Assembly (NCBI GenBank): GCA_964589625.1
Contig: CAZPSH010000002.1
Location: forward strand, 68,469-132,468
Direction: 5' to 3'
From: an uncultured Thermoanaerobaculia bacterium
GTDB taxonomy: Bacteria; Acidobacteriota; UBA4820; DSQY01
DNA: 64,000 bases
Part shown: positions 9,296 through 17,711 of the stretch, piece by piece
Layout: every line of letters begins with the position of its first letter
How positions within the stretch are numbered: position 1 is the stretch's first letter
Translations under genes and position numbers: made by a program
Notes under the pieces: generated by a model
Databases searched by the model: none
The model's input: the letters and a program-made list of their open reading frames with translations, nothing else
Told to the model about the DNA's origin: nothing

Positions 9296-11152
9296 TCACA
9301 GGGGCCTCCCGCGGCCGTTCCACCAGTGGAGGAAGCACAGGAGGGTCCAGAGGGGCTTGCGGTGGTCCGCGCGCCGGGCGAGGTGCTCTTTCCACAGCCG
9401 CCTGGCCTCGGCCGGGACGAGGAAGGGCGCGGAACCCAGGACGCTCTCCGAAAGAAGATCCTCGGCAAGCGGCTTCAGCGGGCCCGTGAGCCATCGGGCC
9501 AGCGGGATGCCGAAGCCCTTCTTGGGGCGTTCGAAATGGCTGGGGGGGAGGTCCCGCTCGAAGGCGGCCCGGAGGACCACCTTCCCGCGCGTGCCCTTCA
9601 GTTTCCAGGCGGGCGGCAGGGAGAAGGCCAGGCGGACCACGTGGGGGTCCAGGAGGGGGACGCGGGCCTCGAGGGAGGCCAGCATGCTCGCCCGGTCCAC
9701 CTTGGCGAGGATGTCCTCCAGCAGGTACGTATGGAGGTCCAGCCACTGGGCCGAGGTCGAGGGGTCGGAGGCGGGCGGGGAGGGGATCCAGGACCATGCC
9801 TTCTTCGAGTGCACGACGGGTGCACCGAACAGGCGCTCCAGGCCCTCCGGCGTCCAGGCTCCCATCCAGAGGTGGTGCCTCAGGGGCATGGGATGCTCCG
9901 CCCCGTCTCGGAACTTCCTGAGCTTGTAAGCGAAGGTGAGGTTGGCGTGGGAGACCGGAAGGAGCCAGTCCGCGGCGTCCAGGGCCGCCGTCCGGAGAAA
10001 CCGCGGAGCGCGCCGGTAGGCGCGGTGGCGTCGGTGGACCCAGTAGGTGGGATATCCCGCGAAGAGTTCGTCTCCCCCGTCTCCGCCCAGGGCTACCGTC
10101 ACGCGCTCGCGGGCGAAGCGCGACAGGAGGGCCGTCGGAAAGAGGGAGGGGTCGGCGAAGGGTTCGTCCTGGCGGCCGAGGACGCGGGGGACCTCGTCCA
10201 GGAGTTCCGCCTCCGAAAAGAGGTGCTCGTGGTGCGAGCATCCGAGATGCCCGGCCACGCGCCGCGCGTGGGCGCTCTCGTCGAAGGAGGGGTCTTCAAA
10301 GCCGATGGCAAAGGACTCGACGCGCCCTCCGGCGGCCGCCATGGCGGCCGTCACGATGCTGGAGTCCACCCCGCCGCTGAGGAAGACGCCCAGCGGGACG
10401 TCGGAGATGAGCTGCCCCTTCACGCTCCGCAGAACGGCCTCCCGCACGCGGGCGACGGCCTCGTCAAAGGAAGGCGGAGCCTGGGGGATCCTCCATTCCC
10501 AGTAAGGTTCGGTTTGGACGCCGCGGGCGTCCGCCCAGAGGAGCCAACCGGGGAGAAGCTTGCGGACCCCGCGGAGGATGGAAAGGGGGGCGGGTACGTA
10601 CTCCAAGGTCAGATAGAGTCGGAGGGCCTCCATGTCGAGCCCGCCCGGGCACGCGGGATGGGCCTCCAGGGCCTTCACCTCGGAACCGAAGAGGAGCCCG
10701 TCCGCCGTGGGGGCGTAGTACAGGGGCTTGACGCCCAGGGGGTCGCGGCAGAGCAGGAGCCCGCCTTTGGCGCGGTCGTAGAGCGCGAAGGCGAAGATCC
10801 CATTCAGCCGCGAGGCGAAGCGGGGTCCCTCCTCCTCGTAGAGGTGGACGAGGACCTCCGTATCCGATCGGGTGGAGAAGCGGTGGCCCCGTGCCTCGAG
10901 GTCCTCCCGGAGTGCGAGGTGGTTGTAAATCTCGCCGTTGTAAACGACGGCCACCGAGCGGTCCTCGTTGTAGAGGGGCTGGGCGCCCGTCTCGAGGTCG
11001 AGGATGGCCAGCCGGCGGTGGCCCAGCCCCACTCCGCCCTCGAGGAAGTACCCCTCCCCGTCGGGCCCCCGGTGGGCCAGGGTCTCGGTCATGGACTTCA
11101 GGAGGTCGCGGTCGGCGCGCCCCGGTCCGAGGAACCCGGCGATTCCGCACAT
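9296..11152 (-). CDS. asnB: asparagine synthetase (glutamine-hydrolysing)-family amidotransferase (AsnB/WbpS-like)
   Basis: Start MCGIAGFLG (catalytic Cys2 of class II glutamine amidotransferase); PP-loop SGGVDSS; 618 aa; GGAG 6 nt upstream; N-terminal part of the 814-aa ORF is Arg/Pro junk. Confidence 0.85.
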   Translation of the reverse strand: MCGIAGFLGPGRADRDLLKSMTETLAHRGPDGEGYFLEGGVGLGHRRLAILDLETGAQPLYNEDRSVAVVYNGEIYNHLALREDLEARGHRFSTRSDTEVLVHLYEEEGPRFASRLNGIFAFALYDRAKGGLLLCRDPLGVKPLYYAPTADGLLFGSEVKALEAHPACPGGLDMEALRLYLTLEYVPAPLSILRGVRKLLPGWLLWADARGVQTEPYWEWRIPQAPPSFDEAVARVREAVLRSVKGQLISDVPLGVFLSGGVDSSIVTAAMAAAGGRVESFAIGFEDPSFDESAHARRVAGHLGCSHHEHLFSEAELLDEVPRVLGRQDEPFADPSLFPTALLSRFARERVTVALGGDGGDELFAGYPTYWVHRRHRAYRRAPRFLRTAALDAADWLLPVSHANLTFAYKLRKFRDGAEHPMPLRHHLWMGAWTPEGLERLFGAPVVHSKKAWSWIPSPPASDPSTSAQWLDLHTYLLEDILAKVDRASMLASLEARVPLLDPHVVRLAFSLPPAWKLKGTRGKVVLRAAFERDLPPSHFERPKKGFGIPLARWLTGPLKPLAEDLLSESVLGSAPFLVPAEARRLWKEHLARRADHRKPLWTLLCFLHWWNGRGRPL

Positions 11153-12117
11153 GGAGACTCCAGCACCCGGGAGATCACGTAGGGGGTGCTCTTCAGGCTG
11201 GCGAAGTAAACGCGGATGAGAAGTTCCCCCAGAAGACCCATCATGACGAGTTGCAGGCCCACGAGGGCGGAGAAGATGGCGATGAGAAAGACCGGGTTCC
11301 GGTGGACCCACACGTCCGCGGCGATCTTTTCCCAGAGGGTGAAGAGGAAGAGGAGGCCCGACAGGAAAAGGAGGCCGAAGCCCGTACCCCCGAAGGCGTA
11401 GATGGGCTTGGTGAGGAAGGAGCCCATGAACTTGATGGTCATGAGGTCGAGGATGACCTTGAGGGTGCGGCCCAGACCGTACTTGCTCTTTCCCGTGGCC
11501 CTGGGATGGTGGGTCACCTCCACTTCGGCCACCCTGGCCCCCTGCCAGGAGGCCAGGACGGGAATGAAGCGGTGCATCTCGCCGATGAGGTGGGTGGGCT
11601 GGAGGACCTCCCTCCGGTAGGCCTTGAGCGTACACCCGTAGTCGTGGAGGTGGACGCCCGAGATGAGGGAGATGACCCGGTTGGCCAATTTGGATGGAAG
11701 GATGCGCGTGAGGAAGGGGTCTTTGCGGTGGCGCCTCCATCCGCTGGCCACGTCGTATCCCTCGTCCAGCTTGGCGAGGAGCCTAGGGATGTCGCCCGGG
11801 TCGTTCTGGAGGTCTCCGTCCAGGGGAATGAGGGTGGCGGCGCGCGCATGCTCGATGGCCGCCGCGAGAGCCGCGGTCTGCCCCGAGTTCCGCCGGAAGA
11901 AGACGACCCGCAGTCCCTTGCGCTCCCGCGCGGCCTTCTCGAGGAGCCTGGGCGTCGCGTCCGTGGAGCCGTCGTCCACCAGCACCACCTCGTAGGTCTT
12001 GTGCAGGCTCTCCATGACCGATTCGATGCGGTCGAGGAGGGGCTCCAGGTTCCCCTCTTCGTTGAAGAGGGGGATCAGGAGGCTCAACTCCGGTGCGGGC
12101 GCCGTTTCGCTCTTCAT
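11098..12117 (-). CDS. GT2 polyprenyl-phosphate sugar synthase (GtrB/ArnC/DPM1-like) with two C-terminal TM helices
   Basis: Start MKSETAP; LSLLIPLFNEEGNL, VVLVDDGSTD, DGDLQNDP (DxD-type) motifs; C-terminal hydrophobic helices typical of GtrB family; 3' end overlaps asnB start by 55 nt. Confidence 0.8.
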   Translation of the reverse strand: MKSETAPAPELSLLIPLFNEEGNLEPLLDRIESVMESLHKTYEVVLVDDGSTDATPRLLEKAARERKGLRVVFFRRNSGQTAALAAAIEHARAATLIPLDGDLQNDPGDIPRLLAKLDEGYDVASGWRRHRKDPFLTRILPSKLANRVISLISGVHLHDYGCTLKAYRREVLQPTHLIGEMHRFIPVLASWQGARVAEVEVTHHPRATGKSKYGLGRTLKVILDLMTIKFMGSFLTKPIYAFGGTGFGLLFLSGLLFLFTLWEKIAADVWVHRNPVFLIAIFSALVGLQLVMMGLLGELLIRVYFASLKSTPYVISRVLESPCAESPGSSDRGAPTATS

Positions 12118-12170
12118 TCGCCAGAAGCTCCCTTCGATCTCCCTGTCCTGAAATCCAGCTCCGCGTATCC

Positions 12171-12205
12171 AAATCCGAAATCCCAAATCCCAAATCCCAA
12201 ATCCC
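12171..12205. repeat. tandem heptamer repeat (AAATCCG/AAATCCC)x5 in pilR-GT2 intergenic region
   Basis: Plus strand aaatccg aaatccc aaatccc aaatccc aaatccc directly read; an additional gaaatcc ~20 nt upstream. Confidence 0.8.
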
Positions 12206-12209
12206 CTCC

Positions 12210-13592
12210 TCACGCCTCCCTGGCCTGCAACCCGTACTTCTTCACGAAGTACCTCATGGACCGGAAGGTGATCCCGAGGCGGGCGGCGGCCCGCGTCATG
12301 ATCCCGCCTTCGAGTTCCAGGGCCCGCTGCAGGTAGGCCGCGCGGATCCCCTCCAGGGTATCCGTCAGCGAGAACCCCTCGTCGGGAATCTGGACCCCGG
12401 CGAGATCGGGCAGGGGGCGGGCCCCGAGGAGAGGGTCGGGCAGGTGGCGAAGGTCGATGTGGTCCCCATCGCACAGGGCCATGGCCCTCTCCATGCAATT
12501 CTCGAGTTCCCGCACGTTTCCCGGCCAGGGGTAATTCTCCATCCGCCTCAGGGCCTCGGCGCTCAGGGAGGGTATTTCCCGGCCCATGAGGCGGGCGTAT
12601 TTTTCGAGGAAGTGCCGGGCGAGGAGGGGGATGTCCTCCCGTCGCTCCCTCAAGGGGGGGAGCGCGACCGTGATGACGTTGATCCTGTAGTAGAGGTCCT
12701 CGCGAAAACGTTTTTCCTGGATGAGCCGGGGGATGTCCTGGTTGGTGGCGGCCACCACCCGCACGTCCGTCGGGTGCTCCTCCTCGCCCCCCACGGGACG
12801 GACGGTCCGCTCCTGGAGGGCTCGCAGGAGCTTGACCTGCATGGCCGGCGACATCTCGGCGATTTCGTCCAGGAAAAGGGTTCCACCCTGGGCGGTGTCG
12901 AAAAGCCCTTTCTTCGAGGCGTGGGCCCCGGTGAAGGCGCCCTTCACGTGGCCGAAGAGCTCGCTCTCGAGGAGCGTCTCGGGGATCCCCCCGCAATTCA
13001 CGGGGACGAAGGGGCGGCGCGAACGGGGGGAGCGCTGGTGCAGGGTCCTCGCCACGAGCTCCTTTCCGGTGCCGCTCTCCCCTTGGATCAAGATCGTGCT
13101 GGGGGTGGGGGCCACCCTCTCGACGAGGGCGAAGACCGCCTTCATCCGGGAATTCGCCGCCACGAGGCCCCCGAACTGTTCCTTCCGGGCCAGCTCCTCC
13201 CTCAGGAGGACGTTCTCCTCGGCCAAACGCCGCTTCTCGAAGGCGTGGCGGACGATGTTGCTCAGTTCCTCCACCTGGAAGGGCTTGGTGATGTAATCGA
13301 AGGCGCCCAGCTTGAGGGCCTCGATGGCGGACTCCGTGCTGGAATAGGCCGTCATGAGGATGACCTCGGTGGGGGCCTCCTCCTGGCGGATGCGCTTCAG
13401 GAGTTCGAGTCCCGACAACCCCGGCATCCGGATATCGGACAGGACCAACTCGAAGGGCGAGTGGGCCAGGGCCCTAAGGGCCTCCTCGGCGCTCGCCGCC
13501 GTGACCACCCCGTAGCCTTCCTCGCGAAAGAGGATTTCGAGCATCTTCCGCATGGAGGCTTCGTCGTCCACGATGAGGATGCGCTCAGGCAT
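12210..13592 (-). CDS. pilR: sigma-54-dependent response regulator (NtrC family), PilR-like
   Basis: Start MPERILIVDDE (receiver); AAA+ sigma-54 activator motifs GESGTGKE, GAFTGA, ESELFGH; C-terminal Fis-type HTH; start overlaps pilS stop by 8 nt. Confidence 0.85.
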   Translation of the reverse strand: MPERILIVDDEASMRKMLEILFREEGYGVVTAASAEEALRALAHSPFELVLSDIRMPGLSGLELLKRIRQEEAPTEVILMTAYSSTESAIEALKLGAFDYITKPFQVEELSNIVRHAFEKRRLAEENVLLREELARKEQFGGLVAANSRMKAVFALVERVAPTPSTILIQGESGTGKELVARTLHQRSPRSRRPFVPVNCGGIPETLLESELFGHVKGAFTGAHASKKGLFDTAQGGTLFLDEIAEMSPAMQVKLLRALQERTVRPVGGEEEHPTDVRVVAATNQDIPRLIQEKRFREDLYYRINVITVALPPLRERREDIPLLARHFLEKYARLMGREIPSLSAEALRRMENYPWPGNVRELENCMERAMALCDGDHIDLRHLPDPLLGARPLPDLAGVQIPDEGFSLTDTLEGIRAAYLQRALELEGGIMTRAAARLGITFRSMRYFVKKYGLQAREA

Positions 13593-15210
13593 GGGGGGCC
13601 TCCGCGGGGAGGATGAGGCGGCACTGGGTCCCTCTGCCGTAGGCGCTGCGGATGACGACCCGGCCTTCGTGCTCCTGGGCCACCTGGTGAACCACGGTGA
13701 GGCCGAGGCCCAGGCCCTTCCGGAAGCCGTGCCGGAACGGGTGGAAGTAAGACTGGATCTCGTCCTGCCGCATCCCCACCCCGTCGTCCTCCACATCCAG
13801 TATAGCGTTCGGGCCCTCGAGGGTTAAGGCGACCCGGATTCGGCCCTTCCCGGGCACGGCTTTGCGGGCGTTTTGGAGGAGGTTCCAGAGGGCCTGACGG
13901 AGGCGGTCCGGATCGCCCGCGATGGGGACGGGGTCCTCGGGAAGGGCCGCCTCCACCTCCAGGGACCGGGCGCACTCGGGGTCGCTTCTGAACAGCGTGA
14001 CCACGTCCGCCGTCAGGGAGCGCAGGTCCAGGGACACTTTTTGAAGGGGAGGCGGCTTCACGTAGCGCATGAAGTTGTTCAGGATCTCCGAGAGGCGGCG
14101 GCTTTCCTCCTCGATGATCTTGAAAAGGTCCCCCTCCTGGCTCCCCGCGGCGTGCCGTTTGGCGAGCATCTGGGCGGCTCCCGAAATGCTCCCCAGCGGG
14201 TTCTTGATCTCGTGGGCGATGTCCGCCGCCATGGCCCCCACCGCCAGGAGCCGGTCCTTGAGAGCCAACTCCTCCCGAAGGCCCACCACCTCCGTCTGGT
14301 CCCTCACGAGGACGAGGAACCCCACAGGGGAAGCGCCCGAGCGGAGGGGGGCCACGACGAGCCCCAGATGGCGGCCCTCGGGAAGGGCGACCTCCACCTC
14401 CCGCTCGCCGAATCCGTCCTCCGGAAAGGGCGACGGACCTTCGTATCCCACGTCCCGGAGGCGGTCGGCCAGCGTCCAGCCCGCGGGCAGGGTCTCGCCG
14501 AGCAGGCGCATCCCGGCCGGGTTGGAGAAGGTGACCGTTCCCTTTGCGTCCGTCGTGATCACGCCCCAGGTCAGGGAGGAGACGAGCTGCTCCGTGAACA
14601 TCCTCGCCCGCCTCAGGTCCAACTCGGCTTCGCCCAGGGCGCGGCGCGCGGTCTCGAAGCGTCCCGACACGAGCCCCATCAACGCCGCCACGAGGTAGAA
14701 GCCCACGTAGTGGGCCACCAGGGCGTGGAAGGCGGACTCCGCCGTGGGGGCGTCGAAGGGGAATTCCACGCCCATCTTGGTAGGATCGATCCACCCGTAG
14801 AGGAGGGAGACGCAGAGAAGCCCGAAAAGAAGTGCGTCGATGGAGGCCACCACGAAGGCCCCCTTTCGCTTGAGAAGGTATCCCCCTACGACGATGAGGA
14901 TCTGGTACAGAAAGGTGAAGAGGCTCGCGAACCCGCCGGTGAGAAAGCACAGCAGGGTCACACCGAGGATGTCCCCAAGGATTTGCAGGTAGAGGAAGAG
15001 GGGCCTTGCGCGGAGCGAGCGGACCGTGAGGAAGAGGACCAGGTGGAGGAGGTTCAGGGCGAGGATGAAGGCGATGAGGTAGTAGAAGGGGCGCAGAAAG
15101 GACTCGCCGCCCACGAAGGCCTGCACGGCGAGCGCGCTGAGGAAGAAGGTGAAGACCACGACCATCCGGTATACCATCAGCCGGACGGCTTGGTGCTCTA
15201 GGGGCTCCAT
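13585..15210 (-). CDS. pilS: sensor histidine kinase, PilS-like (multi-TM N-domain, PAS, HisKA, HATPase)
   Basis: 6 N-terminal hydrophobic helices; H-box AHEIKNPLGSI; G-boxes DDGVGM, GLGLGL; genomic position between pilC and pilR. Confidence 0.8.
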   Translation of the reverse strand: MEPLEHQAVRLMVYRMVVVFTFFLSALAVQAFVGGESFLRPFYYLIAFILALNLLHLVLFLTVRSLRARPLFLYLQILGDILGVTLLCFLTGGFASLFTFLYQILIVVGGYLLKRKGAFVVASIDALLFGLLCVSLLYGWIDPTKMGVEFPFDAPTAESAFHALVAHYVGFYLVAALMGLVSGRFETARRALGEAELDLRRARMFTEQLVSSLTWGVITTDAKGTVTFSNPAGMRLLGETLPAGWTLADRLRDVGYEGPSPFPEDGFGEREVEVALPEGRHLGLVVAPLRSGASPVGFLVLVRDQTEVVGLREELALKDRLLAVGAMAADIAHEIKNPLGSISGAAQMLAKRHAAGSQEGDLFKIIEEESRRLSEILNNFMRYVKPPPLQKVSLDLRSLTADVVTLFRSDPECARSLEVEAALPEDPVPIAGDPDRLRQALWNLLQNARKAVPGKGRIRVALTLEGPNAILDVEDDGVGMRQDEIQSYFHPFRHGFRKGLGLGLTVVHQVAQEHEGRVVIRSAYGRGTQCRLILPAEAPHA

Positions 15211-15324
15211 CCCGGGACCCTCGATGCCCCCGACCTCAGGGGGCGGGGAAAAAGCGAGGGCGCCGCCCGGCGCCCTCGATCGTTTTCCCGGATTCTCCGC
15301 TTCCCTGGTTCCCTGTGTCCATCC

Positions 15325-16527
15325 TTACTGGATCTGCTGGATGAGGGTGAAGAGGGGCATGTACATGGCGATGACGATTCCGCCGATGGTCACGCCCAGG
15401 AAGACGATGATGATGGGCTCAAGCAGGGACATGAGGTTCGTCACCGCCTCGTCCACCTCGTCCTCGTAGAAGTCCGCGATCTTCGACAGCATGGCGTCCA
15501 GCGCGCCCGTGCTCTCGCCCACGCCGATCATCTGGGTGACCATCCCCGGGAAGAGCTTGGATTCCTCCAGCGGTTGGGTGAGCGTCTTCCCCTCCTCGAC
15601 GGCCTTCCGCGTCTTCATGATGGCTTCCTCCACGATGGCGTTGCCTGAGGTCTTGGCCGTGATGTCCAGCCCTTCCAGAATCGGGACGCCGGAGGAGACG
15701 AGGGTGGCCAGGGTGCGGCAGAAGCGGGCCACGGCGATCTTCTTCAACACGATGCCGAAGACGGGGAGCTTGAGGAGGATCTTGTCGATGAGGTACCGCC
15801 CGCCCGAGGTCTTGTAGTAGAGCCGGACGGTGACGAAGACGGCCACGACCATGATGATGATGAGCCAGGCCCAGCGTCCGAGGAAGTGGCTGATGGCGAT
15901 GACGATCCGGGTGGGCATGGGCAGCTTGGCGCCCAGGCCTTCGAAGAGGCTGGCGAAGGTGGGTACGACCTTCCACATGATGACGATCACCACCAGGATG
16001 GCCACCGTCACGACCACCGTCGGATAGATGAGGGCCGACTTGACGGCGGCCTTCAGCTTGACGGCCTTCTCGATGTAGACCGAGAGCCGCTGGAGGATGG
16101 TGTCGAGGATGCCGCCCGCCTCCCCGGCCGCCACGAGGTTGCAGTAGAGGTTGTCGAAGACCTTGGGGTGTTTCTTGAAGGCCTCGTTCAGGGAGGAGCC
16201 CGCCTCCACGTCCTCGCGGATCTCGAAGAGGACCCTCTGGAAGGCACGGTTCTGCTGCTGCTGGCCCAGAATCTCCAGGCACTGAACCACCGGGAGGCCG
16301 GCGTCGATCATGACCGAGAACTGCCTCGTGAAGATGGCCAGTTCCTTGGTCTTGACGCCCCCGCCGAACTTGGGGAGGGCCAGCTCCTTGCCCTTCTCCT
16401 TCACGCGGGTGGCGATGACCTGCTGGCGGCGCAGGGCGGCGATGACGCCTTCCTTGCTGTCCGCCGCCATGACGCCTTCGACCGTCTCGCCGGTCCGCTT
16501 GCGCCCTTTCCACTCGAATTGGGGCAT
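15325..16527 (-). CDS. pilC: type IV pilus assembly inner-membrane platform protein PilC (GspF family)
   Basis: 400 aa, two GspF repeats, 3 TM segments, typical PilC N-terminus and C-terminal LFTLIQQI. Confidence 0.9.
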   Translation of the reverse strand: MPQFEWKGRKRTGETVEGVMAADSKEGVIAALRRQQVIATRVKEKGKELALPKFGGGVKTKELAIFTRQFSVMIDAGLPVVQCLEILGQQQQNRAFQRVLFEIREDVEAGSSLNEAFKKHPKVFDNLYCNLVAAGEAGGILDTILQRLSVYIEKAVKLKAAVKSALIYPTVVVTVAILVVIVIMWKVVPTFASLFEGLGAKLPMPTRIVIAISHFLGRWAWLIIIMVVAVFVTVRLYYKTSGGRYLIDKILLKLPVFGIVLKKIAVARFCRTLATLVSSGVPILEGLDITAKTSGNAIVEEAIMKTRKAVEEGKTLTQPLEESKLFPGMVTQMIGVGESTGALDAMLSKIADFYEDEVDEAVTNLMSLLEPIIIVFLGVTIGGIVIAMYMPLFTLIQQIQ

Positions 16528-16556
16528 GGTGCCACCCTCCCTTCACGAGGCCGGAC

Positions 16557-17699
16557 CTATCGGCCCGGGACGGCCCCCCTCGGAGGAACCACGGGGCCTG
16601 GAGGGCCCACGCGGCGGCTCTGGAGCGTCATATTGCGATTGATGAGCTCTTGCAGTTCGTCGGGCATGGACGACCGGGACAAGGCGGTTTCCAGGTCGAG
16701 CTTCCCCCGCAGGTAGAGGTCCGCGAGGGACTGGTTGAAGGTCTGCATCCCGCTACCGGTCTGGCCGGTCTGCATGATGGAGTAGATCTGGTGGATCTTG
16801 TCCTCCCGGATGAGGTTTCGGATGGCCGCGTTGGGCACCATGATCTCCACCGAGAGGCACCGGCCCTTCCCGTCGCGCGTGGGCAGGAGGGACTGGCACA
16901 GGATCCCCTGGAGGACAAAGGAGAGCTGGGTGCGAACCTGGGACTGCTGGTGGCTCGGGAAGACGTCCACGATGCGGTTGATGGTCTCCACCGTCGAGTT
17001 GGTGTGGAGGGTGGCGAAGGTGAGGTGCCCCGTCTCGGCGATCCTCAGGGCCGCCTCGATGGTCTCCAGGTCCCGCATCTCGCCGATCAGGACCACGTCG
17101 GGGTCCTGGCGGAGGATGCTCTTGAGCGCGTTCTTGAAGGAGTACGTGTCGGCGCCGATCTCCCGCTGGTTCACCACGCAGGCCTTGTGGGGGTGGAGGT
17201 ACTCCACAGGGTCTTCGATGGTGACGATGTGCTCGTGCCGCTCGCGGTTGACCTTGTCGATCATGGCGGCCAGGGTGGTGGACTTGCCCGAGCCCGTGGG
17301 CCCCGTCACCAGGATGAGCCCCCGCGGCCTCTCCGCCATCCGCTCGACCACGGAGGGCAGGCCGAGCTCCTGGAAGCCGCGAATCTCGTAGGGGATGGTC
17401 CGGAAGGCGCCGGCCACCGCCCCGCGCTGGCTGAAGATGTTTCCGCGGAAGCGGCTGAGGCCCTTGATCCCGAAGGAGAGGTCCAGCTCCAGGTTCTCCT
17501 CGAACTTGTGCTTTTGCTGGTCCGTGAGGATGGAGTAGCAGAGCTGCTTGGTCTCGGCGGCGCTGAGCGGCTTGATCCCCTCGATGGGCTGAAGCTTCCC
17601 GTGGATGCGCACCTGGGGCGGGGAGTTGACGGTCAGGTGGAGGTCCGAGCCCCCGTTCTCCACGAGGAACTTCAGGAGCTGGTGGATGGACACGCTCAT
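16557..17699 (-). CDS. pilT: twitching motility retraction ATPase PilT
   Basis: Walker A GPTGSGKST, Asp box, Walker B VVLIGEMRD, His box TLHTNS, PilT-specific AIRNLIRE motif; 380 aa. Confidence 0.9.
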   Translation of the reverse strand: MSVSIHQLLKFLVENGGSDLHLTVNSPPQVRIHGKLQPIEGIKPLSAAETKQLCYSILTDQQKHKFEENLELDLSFGIKGLSRFRGNIFSQRGAVAGAFRTIPYEIRGFQELGLPSVVERMAERPRGLILVTGPTGSGKSTTLAAMIDKVNRERHEHIVTIEDPVEYLHPHKACVVNQREIGADTYSFKNALKSILRQDPDVVLIGEMRDLETIEAALRIAETGHLTFATLHTNSTVETINRIVDVFPSHQQSQVRTQLSFVLQGILCQSLLPTRDGKGRCLSVEIMVPNAAIRNLIREDKIHQIYSIMQTGQTGSGMQTFNQSLADLYLRGKLDLETALSRSSMPDELQELINRNMTLQSRRVGPPGPVVPPRGAVPGR

Positions 17700-17711
17700 G
17701 GGCGTCCTCCG

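Noticed and set aside
7592-11182. 1196-aa plus-strand ORF spanning the asnB and membrane-protein region, and similar giant ORFs (57092..62386 minus 1764 aa; 32188..35040 minus 950 aa; 16650..18581 plus 643 aa)
   Set aside because: Antisense to well-supported genes. Composition is dominated by Gly/Arg/Pro/Glu/His as expected for the reverse frame of GC-rich coding DNA, with no motifs and no RBS. In ~70% GC DNA stop codons are rare, so long spurious ORFs are the norm.
12118-12170. Sigma-54 promoter upstream of the GT2/glycosylation operon (TGGATACGCGGAGCTGG)
   Set aside because: GG to GC spacing is 9 rather than 10 nt and there is no TTGC -12 element. It is not convincing, so the promoter for this operon remains unassigned.
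12171-12205. CRISPR array
   Set aside because: The repeats are 7-nt tandem units without spacers, so this is not CRISPR architecture. No cas genes are in the window.
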